DNA of 33,075 nucleotides from an uncultured Saprospiraceae bacterium (GTDB lineage: Bacteria; Bacteroidota; Bacteroidia; Chitinophagales; Saprospiraceae): positions 1 through 33,075 of the forward strand of contig CAYMGR010000002.1 of the NCBI GenBank assembly GCA_964389985.1, read 5' to 3'. Positions 16,972 to 25,185 of this stretch are shown here, one piece after another. The position numbers and the translations under genes were made by a program. A model generated the notes under the pieces. That model worked only from the letters and a program-made list of their open reading frames with translations, was not told where the DNA came from and did not search any database. Within the stretch, counting starts at the first letter, position 1. Each line of letters begins with the position of its first letter.

Positions 16972-16989
16972 AAAATAGGTTTTATTTAA

Positions 16990-17652
16990 ATGAGATTCAC
17001 ATTTCTTTTCCTTTTCCTAAGTCTATTGTCTTATAATAAGATTGAAGGCCAGTTTGGCGCTCAAATTGAATTAGGCCCTAGCTTGTATTCAGTCCCTCAA
17101 GACATTCCAGATTATCAAATCGACAATACAGTACATTATGGGCTCGGACCATCCTACTGGTTTCGATTAAAGCACCGGCGAGTAGAATTCAGCCCTACGT
17201 TTCTTGTTTTATATAATGAAGCTAACTCAATTTCAAATGCGATAAGCCTACAGGAAATTCAATTCAAATTAGCTATACCCATCCACTTTTATCCAATGGA
17301 TTTTAATGATGATTGCAATTGCCCAACCTTCAATAAGCAAGGCCAGTTTTTTAAGAAAGGTTTTCACTTTATACTGAATCCGGCATTTATGCAATCCAAT
17401 CAACAATATAAAACAAATAGTGGCAAGGTTAAAAATTCTGAATATGCTTTTGTCTTAGGTGCCGGAGCAGGCATCGATGTTGGTCTAAACAAAAGCTGGA
17501 CATTTAGTCCATCCATTCAAATCAGCAAATCGTTTAACGAACCATTTTTATTGAATCCAGAACCTGAGCCTTCTAAAACTTTAAATGTTCAACGTTGGAG
17601 TGCCGAACTTGGCTTACGGTTTTTATGGTATGCACGAAATAGAAGATATTGA
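16990..17652 (+). CDS. Outer-membrane beta-barrel (porin-family-like) protein
   Basis: 220 aa. Signal peptide MRFTFLFLFLSLLSYNKIEGQ, an alternating amphipathic beta-strand pattern and an aromatic C-terminus (…LRFLWYARNRRY). No specific family recognised. Confidence 0.7.
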   Translation: MRFTFLFLFLSLLSYNKIEGQFGAQIELGPSLYSVPQDIPDYQIDNTVHYGLGPSYWFRLKHRRVEFSPTFLVLYNEANSISNAISLQEIQFKLAIPIHFYPMDFNDDCNCPTFNKQGQFFKKGFHFILNPAFMQSNQQYKTNSGKVKNSEYAFVLGAGAGIDVGLNKSWTFSPSIQISKSFNEPFLLNPEPEPSKTLNVQRWSAELGLRFLWYARNRRY

Positions 17653-17669
17653 GCATTCAGTTTTGCCTG

Positions 17670-20201
17670 TTATTTTACTTTTTTCTTGCGTTCTTTTTTT
17701 ACAAATGCGGTAGGTATTTGTTCTTGAATAATTGCCTTTATCTCCTCTTTATTCATTTTAGAGGCTTGATCAGCAGTAATTCGTTGGCCGTCTTTCTTTG
17801 GAAAATTGATTAGTTTTTTCCCATATTTAATGTAAGGTCCCCACCTCCCATTTTCAACGGTTATTTTATCCTCATCAAATTTTAATATATAACGGTTAGC
17901 CTCTTTAACTTCCTTTGCATCAATTAATGGAATCACATCTTCCATTTTCAATTTCTCAAAATCAATCCGCTTAGGAATATTAATAAACATTCCATTCCAT
18001 TTTACAAATGGACCAAAACGTCCTTTTCCTTTAGAAACAGGTAATTCGCGATAAAAACCTATCGGTGCATCTTCCTGATGTTTTTGTTTAATGATCTCAA
18101 TTGCTGTTTCCAAGGATATTTCTAACGGATCAATCTCTTTTGGAATCGATATGAATTGTTCTCCTAATTTGATGTAAGGACCAAACCGCCCTGATCCAAT
18201 GATTACATCTGATTGGCCATATTTTCCCAATTCACGTGGAAGTTTAAATAAATCCAAAGCCTGTTCGAAACTAATAGTTTCCATGCTCTGGCCAGGTTTT
18301 AAATTGGCAAAAATGGGCTTTTCGTCCTCTTTCATTTCATCCCGATCCCCTAATTGAACAACCGGACCAAAACGAGTTAACTGAACGAGAATTTTCTTTC
18401 CGGTAGCAGGATCGATTCCAAGGTCTCTTCTCCCCTTTGCCCGCTCACCCTGCTCCATAACCACATCAACATTATTATGAAAGGGCCAATAAAAATCATC
18501 GATCATTTTTACCCAATTCAAATTTCCTTCCGCTATTTCATCAAATTCTTGCTCAATTTCTGCTGTAAAACTATAATTGATCACATCAGGAAAATGCAAG
18601 GCTAAATAATCAACAACGATCATTCCAATATCTGTTGGGTATAAATGATTTTTGCCCGCACCTGTAATTTCAATTTCTGCGGATTGACTGATTTTACCAC
18701 CTTCCAACCGGATAACCTTAAAACTACGTTCAATACCCGGGCGACTTTCTTTAACAACATATCCCCGATTCTCTTCCATGATTTTACTAATCGTAGGCGC
18801 ATACGTGGAAGGTCTTCCTATTCCCAATTCCTCTAATTTCTTAACCAGGCTTGCTTCTGTATATCTTGCAGGAGGTCTGGTAAATTTTTGAGTGCCTATG
18901 ATATTGACATTATTTAATTGATCGCCCACTTTTAAAGGGGGTAAGATAGTTGCATTCTCTTCATCTTCTTCATCTGATGATTCCAGGTATAATTTCAAAA
19001 AACCATCAAATATTAAAACTTCTCCCGTTGCTTGAAAATTATGCTCCTTTGTTTTAGAAATGAGTATGTCCACTTCTGTTTTTTCCATTTCTGCAGCGGC
19101 CATTTGAGAAGCCATTGCACGTTTCCAGATGAGCTCATATAACTTCTGTTGATCTGAATCATCACCTGCATTTCTTAAATTCATATACGTTGGACGAATG
19201 GCTTCATGCGCTTCTTGAGCTGAAGCATTTTTTGTCCGATATTGACGTGTATGAACATATTTTTTGCCAAACTGACTTTCAATTTCCAAAGCCATTTCCT
19301 GTATAGCCGTTTCACTTAAATTGGTAGAGTCCGTACGCATGTATGTGATCCATCCTGATTCATAAAGCCTTTGTGCATTGCTCATCGTCCGGTTTACCCC
19401 AAAGCCTAATTTTCGACTCGCTTCTTGTTGTAAGGTTGAAGTAGTAAAAGGAGGCGCTGGATTTCGCTTTGTTGGTTTAACTGAAACCTGACCTACTTTA
19501 TAGTCTGAACCATTACAAATCTCGAGGAATCTTTGAGCCTCTTCAGCAGTATTAAATTTATGATCCAATACAGCTTTAATCTGTTGCTTAATTTTAGGAT
19601 CCTGACTTACAAATAATGCATCAATCTTAAAATAGGCCTCTGATATGAAATCTTTAATGCTTCGCTCCCGATCAACAACCAATTTAACTGCGACTGATTG
19701 AACACGGCCAGCTGACAACTTATTTCTGACTTTTCTCCATAATATCTCAGATAATTCAAATCCAACCAGTCGATCCAAAACTCTGCGTGCTTGTTGTGCA
19801 TTTACCAGGTTTAAATCAACTGTTCTAGGCGATTTAACTGCTTTTTGTATTGCTTGTTTGGTGATTTCGTGAAAAACGATTCGGTTTACTTTTTCGGGAT
19901 CTAGACCTAAAACCTCACATAAATGCCAACTAATGGCCTCCCCTTCCCGGTCTTCGTCCGTTGCCAGCCAAACTTCATCCACTTTTGATGCCCAATCCTT
20001 TAATTCTTTGACAACTTTTGTCTTTTCCGGGGAGACAATATAATTAGGTGTAAATTTTTTATTGATGTCAATGCCTTTACTCCCTTTATCTAAGTCTCGT
20101 ATATGGCCATAACTGGACTTTACCTTAAAATCCTTGCCTAAATACTTTTCAATCGTTTTTGCTTTGGCGGGTGACTCAACGATTAATAGCTTACTTGCCA
20201 T
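17670..20201 (-). CDS. topA: DNA topoisomerase I (type IA)
   Basis: 843 aa. TOPRIM N-terminus (LLIVESPAKAKTIEKYLG; ATDEDREGE) and the active-site Tyr region GWITYMRTDS. The C-terminal region carries four Cys-free repeats (TRFGPVVQLG, GRFGPYIKLG, GRFGPFVKWN, GRWGPYIKYG) in place of zinc ribbons. Confidence 0.97.
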   Translation of the reverse strand: MASKLLIVESPAKAKTIEKYLGKDFKVKSSYGHIRDLDKGSKGIDINKKFTPNYIVSPEKTKVVKELKDWASKVDEVWLATDEDREGEAISWHLCEVLGLDPEKVNRIVFHEITKQAIQKAVKSPRTVDLNLVNAQQARRVLDRLVGFELSEILWRKVRNKLSAGRVQSVAVKLVVDRERSIKDFISEAYFKIDALFVSQDPKIKQQIKAVLDHKFNTAEEAQRFLEICNGSDYKVGQVSVKPTKRNPAPPFTTSTLQQEASRKLGFGVNRTMSNAQRLYESGWITYMRTDSTNLSETAIQEMALEIESQFGKKYVHTRQYRTKNASAQEAHEAIRPTYMNLRNAGDDSDQQKLYELIWKRAMASQMAAAEMEKTEVDILISKTKEHNFQATGEVLIFDGFLKLYLESSDEEDEENATILPPLKVGDQLNNVNIIGTQKFTRPPARYTEASLVKKLEELGIGRPSTYAPTISKIMEENRGYVVKESRPGIERSFKVIRLEGGKISQSAEIEITGAGKNHLYPTDIGMIVVDYLALHFPDVINYSFTAEIEQEFDEIAEGNLNWVKMIDDFYWPFHNNVDVVMEQGERAKGRRDLGIDPATGKKILVQLTRFGPVVQLGDRDEMKEDEKPIFANLKPGQSMETISFEQALDLFKLPRELGKYGQSDVIIGSGRFGPYIKLGEQFISIPKEIDPLEISLETAIEIIKQKHQEDAPIGFYRELPVSKGKGRFGPFVKWNGMFINIPKRIDFEKLKMEDVIPLIDAKEVKEANRYILKFDEDKITVENGRWGPYIKYGKKLINFPKKDGQRITADQASKMNKEEIKAIIQEQIPTAFVKKERKKKVK

Positions 20202-20230
20202 TCAGTGCTAATTTTTCATTTAAAATCGGG

Positions 20231-20238
20231 CAAAGCTA
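20231..20238 (-). promoter_or_regulatory. -7 promoter box TAGCTTTG for topA
   Basis: Exact TAnnTTTG on the minus strand, 29 nt upstream of ATG 20201. Confidence 0.5.
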
Positions 20239-20352
20239 TAAATTTTTAAGCACTAGATATTTTTTTCAATTTGACCGATCAGTAAAAAACATATAATTAC
20301 AAGGTATAATTCAGCCAATTCGAGGCATAATCAACACACAATCTATTGATAA

Positions 20353-20859
20353 TCAATTTTTAATATTCCCCTTATACAAGGTGTCAACTTTAAATTTAGA
20401 GATTTTTTTTGCGTAATCTGCTTTTCGTTTAGCAATATAATTCTCTATCAACTTTTCTTGTTCCAGATCTTTATTTGACAAATGCCTGTACCAACACCGA
20501 ATGAGTAAATCCTCCATATCATCCGGAAAACTCAATCCTTTCGATTTTAAATAAAATGACAAACGACTACCTTCTTCCAGACCCCAATTAATTTGCATCC
20601 ACCTACCCAAACTAAAATGAAGCTTACTGGCCAAACTATCTTCTGAAATCTGGATCAAGCCGGCTGCTACATTAGAATCGGTCAAACGATCCAATTCCAG
20701 CATGGCATCTTCTACGTTTTTTGGAATATAAACATCATTAATTCGTTCTAAATGAATTCGTTCCTGATACATTTTCTCAAATTCTTCTGGGGTATTTTGA
20801 GAAAACAAATTAGATGCAAATACAATGAACAAAATGATCAATAAATGATTCCTATCCAT
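20353..20859 (-). CDS. Hypothetical exported protein
   Basis: 168 aa with signal peptide MDRNHLLIILFIVFASNLFSQ. It contains an SLGRWMQINWGL motif that I associate loosely with a Bacteroidota DUF family. Function unknown. Confidence 0.65.
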   Translation of the reverse strand: MDRNHLLIILFIVFASNLFSQNTPEEFEKMYQERIHLERINDVYIPKNVEDAMLELDRLTDSNVAAGLIQISEDSLASKLHFSLGRWMQINWGLEEGSRLSFYLKSKGLSFPDDMEDLLIRCWYRHLSNKDLEQEKLIENYIAKRKADYAKKISKFKVDTLYKGNIKN

Positions 20860-20938
20860 ATGAATGATGAACGAAAAGATATACTTTTTAGTCTGTTTTA
20901 TTAAATTTAGTGGCCGATCCTAACACAAAAAGCTCATT

Positions 20939-21223
20939 TTGAAAACGAATAAGACTTTTCCCATTATAGAACTTACTATAGGTCTTGGTTTTAGTCTCAG
21001 TTTATTGTGGCTATTGAATGATTTCATAGCTCTTCTTGTATGCTTTTTAATACCCAGTATTTCATTTTTTATTCTAATCATCAGTTTCATTGCAGAATAT
21101 CTGGAAAAATCAAATCTACCTAAATGGTATTATAAATTGATGTTTATTCTTATCCTGTTACCCCTACTGATCCTATTCATATTTGGATCAATCAATCAAT
21201 TTCATTTTGATTGGGAAAAATAA
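20939..21223 (+). CDS. Hypothetical small membrane protein (about 3 TM helices)
   Basis: 94-aa ORF with a TTG start and three strongly hydrophobic segments. No recognisable family, so the coding status is moderately uncertain. Confidence 0.5.
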   Translation: MKTNKTFPIIELTIGLGFSLSLLWLLNDFIALLVCFLIPSISFFILIISFIAEYLEKSNLPKWYYKLMFILILLPLLILFIFGSINQFHFDWEK

Positions 21224-21240
21224 ACGAAGTACTCCACCAG

Positions 21241-22620
21241 CTATTCAATTACATTGTATCGATTATTTTTAATTTCAACGATTCGAATAAATTTATTTTC
21301 AAAATAATCTGGTATAGGATTCCCATTCTGTCCTTGTTTATAAACAGGAATGATTTCAAATTCGGTTTCCAGAGGCTTTTGAAATTGCTTTATCGTTTCA
21401 TATTGAAACCCTTCTTCGGAATTTTGTAAAGCTGACATTAAAAAATGGGTTACATCATATCCTTCTAGGGCATCGTCTCCCGGAAATTCCCTGAATGCCT
21501 CAAAATATTTCTTTCTGAAATTCTTGACTTCAGGCCTTGATTCATCCGTAAAATTGCTTATTGACAAACGCACATTCAGACCACTTATAAAATCAAAAAT
21601 GTCGGTCTTTAATTCTGTCCATTTTGAAAATCCATAGACATAAACCTGCTTATTTTTCTTTTCTGCAGCAACGCGTCTTAAAAATTGGTAAATATAATTT
21701 TCATCTTTTGCGGAAACGAGAGGCAGAATAAAAACTGTTGGGCCCTCCGATTTAAAATACTTTTCGAGTAAAGGTTCTACTGCCTTAGATAATTCGTCTT
21801 CAGAAATGATCTCTTCACGCATCCATTCATTTCCTGCATAATTTTCATTAAATATTTTTAGTCGTGAGTCCGTTTTTGATTTACTAATCAATATTATATT
21901 TTCAATATTAAAATGTTTCCGTGCATGTAAATTTATATTTTGAAAATGTGTATTTAACCCAGGTTTCAACTGTAAATAATATGGATTTTGCTCGGTTATA
22001 GTAGAACTGCTGATCCAGGGACTAACCAAAAATGTTTTGTTTAATTTTGCCCATTGGGCTGTGTATTTAAGGGATTCTGTTTTGTAAGGACCGATTATCA
22101 AGTCCGGTAGATTATTCTTATATTCTGCTAAGAGTGCTTCTGTTTGGTCTGATTCTCCGGTATCTTTAATATCTAACTGAATGTGTCTATTATTGGACTG
22201 GTTTAATTCATCCAAGGCTAATTTCATACCGGCGTAAAATTGAACAAATCTTAAATTATTAGAATTCAATTTATTTACGATAGAATCTTGATCGCTCACT
22301 TTAAATGGAATGAGGGCCAAAACATGATACCTGCTTTTTGCTTTGGACGAATGACCTTTCTGAATTTGTGCTAAGCTATCCTTTAAAATAATTTCTGGCT
22401 TTTCGACATTGGTTACAATCTCTTCTTTCCATTCAATCGTATCAACTTTATCGGGCAAATTCTTATTTGGCTTGATTACCGGAGGATTGGGTTTTTCATG
22501 ATAAACTTGCCCCTGTTTTGCTTTCTTTGATGTACCACATGAAAACAAAATGAGAATAGAAAAAATGACAAGTTGTTTATTCCCACTCAATAGTTGCCGG
22601 AGGCTTCGAACTAATATCAT
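21241..22620 (-). CDS. Lipoprotein with type-1 periplasmic-binding-protein fold (LivJ/ABC substrate-binding-like)
   Basis: Lipobox ILILFSCG. A Pro/Lys-rich linker is followed by the pattern typical of Peripla_BP_6-type proteins (ALIPFK…FYAGMKLALDELN…IQLDIKDT…DLIIGPYKTESL…FLVSPWISS…YYLQLKP). Candidate starts are TTG 22626, ATG 22620 and TTG 22590, and all overlap the guaA 3' end (stop at 22577-22579). Confidence 0.7.
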   Translation of the reverse strand: MILVRSLRQLLSGNKQLVIFSILILFSCGTSKKAKQGQVYHEKPNPPVIKPNKNLPDKVDTIEWKEEIVTNVEKPEIILKDSLAQIQKGHSSKAKSRYHVLALIPFKVSDQDSIVNKLNSNNLRFVQFYAGMKLALDELNQSNNRHIQLDIKDTGESDQTEALLAEYKNNLPDLIIGPYKTESLKYTAQWAKLNKTFLVSPWISSSTITEQNPYYLQLKPGLNTHFQNINLHARKHFNIENIILISKSKTDSRLKIFNENYAGNEWMREEIISEDELSKAVEPLLEKYFKSEGPTVFILPLVSAKDENYIYQFLRRVAAEKKNKQVYVYGFSKWTELKTDIFDFISGLNVRLSISNFTDESRPEVKNFRKKYFEAFREFPGDDALEGYDVTHFLMSALQNSEEGFQYETIKQFQKPLETEFEIIPVYKQGQNGNPIPDYFENKFIRIVEIKNNRYNVIE

Positions 22621-24106
22621 AAACAACTCGATTTATACCTTTAACTTGATTAATAATTTCACTTGAAATTTTCGCAAGCAAACTGTGAGGAATTTCTGAC
22701 CACTCAGCAGTCATGCCGTCGGTTGAATTAACTGCTCTTAAGGCAATAACCCGTTCATAGGTCCGCTCATCTCCCATAACACCTACCGTATGTATGGGCA
22801 ATAAGATAGCCCCTGCTTGCCAAATTTTATCGTAATACCCTTGTTCTTTCAAATTTTTTATATAGATGTGATCCGCCAATTGCAGTAAATGAACTTTATC
22901 CTCCGAAACATCACCTATTATTCGAATTCCCAAACCAGGACCAGGGAATGGATGCCGATTTAATATTATTTCTGGTAATTCCAAAGCCTTCCCAACTTGC
23001 CTTACTTCATCTTTAAATAATAACTTTAATGGCTCTATAATTTTTAAATGCAAACTATCCGGCAATCCTCCTACGTTATGATGCGATTTAATCGTAACAG
23101 AAGGACCATAAACGGAAACGGATTCGATAATATCGGGATAAATCGTGCCTTGACACAACCATTTTACTTCTGGAAATAATTTAGCCGCATCTTGAAAAAC
23201 ATCTATAAAGACCTTCCCTATAATTTTTCGTTTTTGTTCTGGATCTGATACCCCTTTTAACGCATTATAAAATTGCCTTTTTGCATCAATTCCTTTTACA
23301 TCTAATCCTAAATCTTTATATGCATGCAAGACTTCTTCAAACTCATTTAAGCGTAGTAATCCATTATCAATAAAAAAGCAATGCAGGCGTTTACCTATTG
23401 CTTGTTTCATCAATAATGCCGCGACGGAAGAATCCACACCACCAGATAACGCCAATAAAACCTGCTCTTGCTGGACTGCTTGTTGAATCTGAAAAACAGA
23501 ATCTTCAATATATGATCTTGTAGTCCAAAGTGAAGGAATTTTACAAATCTTCTTTAAGAAATTCTCCAACATTAATTTCCCAAAGATGGAATGCATCACT
23601 TCAGGATGAAATTGAAATGCATAAAGCGGATGGATAGAATCGTTTGCTCGAAATGCAGCTACCGGTATACTATCAGTTGCACCGATAATGTCAAAAGAAT
23701 CAGGCACCTTGTTAATGGTATCACTATGAGACATCCAAACTTGTGAGTCACCTGGAATCCCACTCCAAATGGGGTCCTCTTGCAGTATCTTAAGATTGGC
23801 TTTTCCGTATTCTCGCTTGTTTGAAGCTTGTACGGATCCCCCAAGATTCGAAGCAATTAATTGCGCTCCATAGCAGACTCCTAATACGGGATAGTTCTTA
23901 ACTAATTCAGTTAAATCGACATTAGGATGCTGTTCTTCCCGAACCGAACTTGGACTTCCTGATAATATTACAGCTGCAATGGATTGATCATTAGGAATGG
24001 GCTTGTGAAATGGTATTATTTCACAATAGATCTCTAATTCCCGGACACGGCGGGCAATTAACTGAGTCACCTGGGACCCAAAATCTAAAATAATAACTTT
24101 ATCCAT
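22577..24106 (-). CDS. guaA: GMP synthase (glutamine-hydrolysing)
   Basis: 509 aa. GATase-1 domain (VLGVCYGAQL, FHPE), ATP-pyrophosphatase loop SGGVDSSV and the conserved C-terminus PPATIEWE. Confidence 0.97.
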   Translation of the reverse strand: MDKVIILDFGSQVTQLIARRVRELEIYCEIIPFHKPIPNDQSIAAVILSGSPSSVREEQHPNVDLTELVKNYPVLGVCYGAQLIASNLGGSVQASNKREYGKANLKILQEDPIWSGIPGDSQVWMSHSDTINKVPDSFDIIGATDSIPVAAFRANDSIHPLYAFQFHPEVMHSIFGKLMLENFLKKICKIPSLWTTRSYIEDSVFQIQQAVQQEQVLLALSGGVDSSVAALLMKQAIGKRLHCFFIDNGLLRLNEFEEVLHAYKDLGLDVKGIDAKRQFYNALKGVSDPEQKRKIIGKVFIDVFQDAAKLFPEVKWLCQGTIYPDIIESVSVYGPSVTIKSHHNVGGLPDSLHLKIIEPLKLLFKDEVRQVGKALELPEIILNRHPFPGPGLGIRIIGDVSEDKVHLLQLADHIYIKNLKEQGYYDKIWQAGAILLPIHTVGVMGDERTYERVIALRAVNSTDGMTAEWSEIPHSLLAKISSEIINQVKGINRVVYDISSKPPATIEWE

Positions 24107-24112
24107 AGAAAA

Positions 24113-24132
24113 TTTCCATACTAATATGGAAA
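24113..24132 (-). other. 8-bp stem / 4-nt loop hairpin in the nusB-guaA spacer
   Basis: The plus strand reads tttccata-ctaa-tatggaaa. On the transcribed minus strand the hairpin is followed by TTTTCT and then the guaA ATG. Confidence 0.45.
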
Positions 24133-24141
24133 ATTGATTAT

Positions 24142-25074
24142 TTACGTATTCAGACCTCTGCCTTCCTTAACTATCTTACCTTCAGCATCTAATTGCTTTA
24201 ATAATTTATCTAAAATGCCGTTTACAAACTCTTTAGACTTATCCGTACTGTAGGTTTTTGATAATTCAACGTATTCGTTGAGCGTTACTTTTGCAGGGAT
24301 GGTCTTAAAATGAGTCATTTCTACAACACCCATTTTGATTAAGATCATATCGATTAAAGCAACTCGTTCTGAATCCCAATTTTCTAAAATTGGATTAATC
24401 AGGCTTTCCAGTTCTGCATCCTGTTTATAGGTATTTTCTAACAAAAATTTCCCAAAGGTCTCCACGGTATCATCATCTGGAATATGCTCTTCAAAGATTG
24501 GACCTGAATTTGGTAAAATTTTTAAGGTCTTTTTTAATGCTCCTATGACCAAAGACTTATCATCTGTCCATCCTCTGAATCGATCATCCATAATTTCGTT
24601 GAAAACTTCGTTTTTCCTACAAAATCGATACAACTCTAATAATATTTCAATATGATCATCATTTGAAGAATCGCTTCCCAGATACTTTTGGTAAGCCTCC
24701 TCTTTACAAAACTCCTTATAGATTTTGCGAAATAAATCCTCATCCAATCCTTCCCCGCATTGTTCAGACTTAAACTTTGACTGTAAAATCTTATTATTAA
24801 CCAGACTGGTAATCAATTGGTTAGAATAAATTTTATCCGTAAATAATTTATCTTCTTCCGACTTTAAATGCTTTGAACCTCTAATTCTAAAGTCTTCTGC
24901 TCCGAAGGAACAAACCTTGATAATACAATATAAATTAAGTAAATACAGCCGAAAGGAGTCCTGAATCGATGCAAAGTATGCATTTAGCGCATCTCTGAAG
25001 TTGAGATCTCGATCCTGGGCCAAACTATACAATTGTTGCATCACTTTGACGCGAACATTCCTCCTACTCAGCAT
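24142..25074 (-). CDS. nusB: Transcription antitermination factor NusB (long Bacteroidota form)
   Basis: 310 aa. N-terminus RRNVRVKVMQQLY and a C-terminal NusB-fold block (…WDSERVALIDMILIKMGVVEM…IPAKVTLNEYVELSK.YS…S.EFVNGILDKL). Confidence 0.88.
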   Translation of the reverse strand: MLSRRNVRVKVMQQLYSLAQDRDLNFRDALNAYFASIQDSFRLYLLNLYCIIKVCSFGAEDFRIRGSKHLKSEEDKLFTDKIYSNQLITSLVNNKILQSKFKSEQCGEGLDEDLFRKIYKEFCKEEAYQKYLGSDSSNDDHIEILLELYRFCRKNEVFNEIMDDRFRGWTDDKSLVIGALKKTLKILPNSGPIFEEHIPDDDTVETFGKFLLENTYKQDAELESLINPILENWDSERVALIDMILIKMGVVEMTHFKTIPAKVTLNEYVELSKTYSTDKSKEFVNGILDKLLKQLDAEGKIVKEGRGLNT

Positions 25075-25081
25075 GTAGTGT

Positions 25082-25114
25082 AACGGCTTTTAATTGCCAC
25101 AAAAGTAAGCCGTT
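25082..25114. other. 8-bp inverted repeat AACGGCTT…AAGCCGTT (17-nt spacer) between the MauE/DoxX gene and nusB
   Basis: Read directly from the sequence. A T-rich run (TTTATGAATTTATG) follows it on the plus strand only. Confidence 0.45.
25100..25107 (-). promoter_or_regulatory. -7 promoter box TACTTTTG for nusB(-guaA)
   Basis: Exact TAnnTTTG on the minus strand, 25 nt upstream of ATG 25074. It lies in the loop of the 25082-25114 inverted repeat. Confidence 0.5.
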
Positions 25115-25185
25115 TTATGAATTTATGAAATTAAAAAAAGATGTAATTTATCTTTTATCCTCAGCAATTTGAAATTTCATTCAAA

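Noticed and set aside
17670-18500. Repeated GRFGPYIK-type segments at the topA 3' end, as possible DNA tandem repeats
   Set aside because: The repetition is at the protein-domain level (known Cys-free TopA C-terminal repeats), and the nucleotide sequences are diverged. It is not a DNA repeat array.
22577-22626. Overlap of up to 50 nt between the guaA 3' end and the downstream lipoprotein ORF, as a possible frameshift or fusion
   Set aside because: guaA ends with its canonical PPATIEWE terminus. The lipoprotein has plausible internal starts (ATG 22620, or TTG 22590 giving MSGNKQLVIFSILILFSC). This is start-codon ambiguity, not a disrupted gene.
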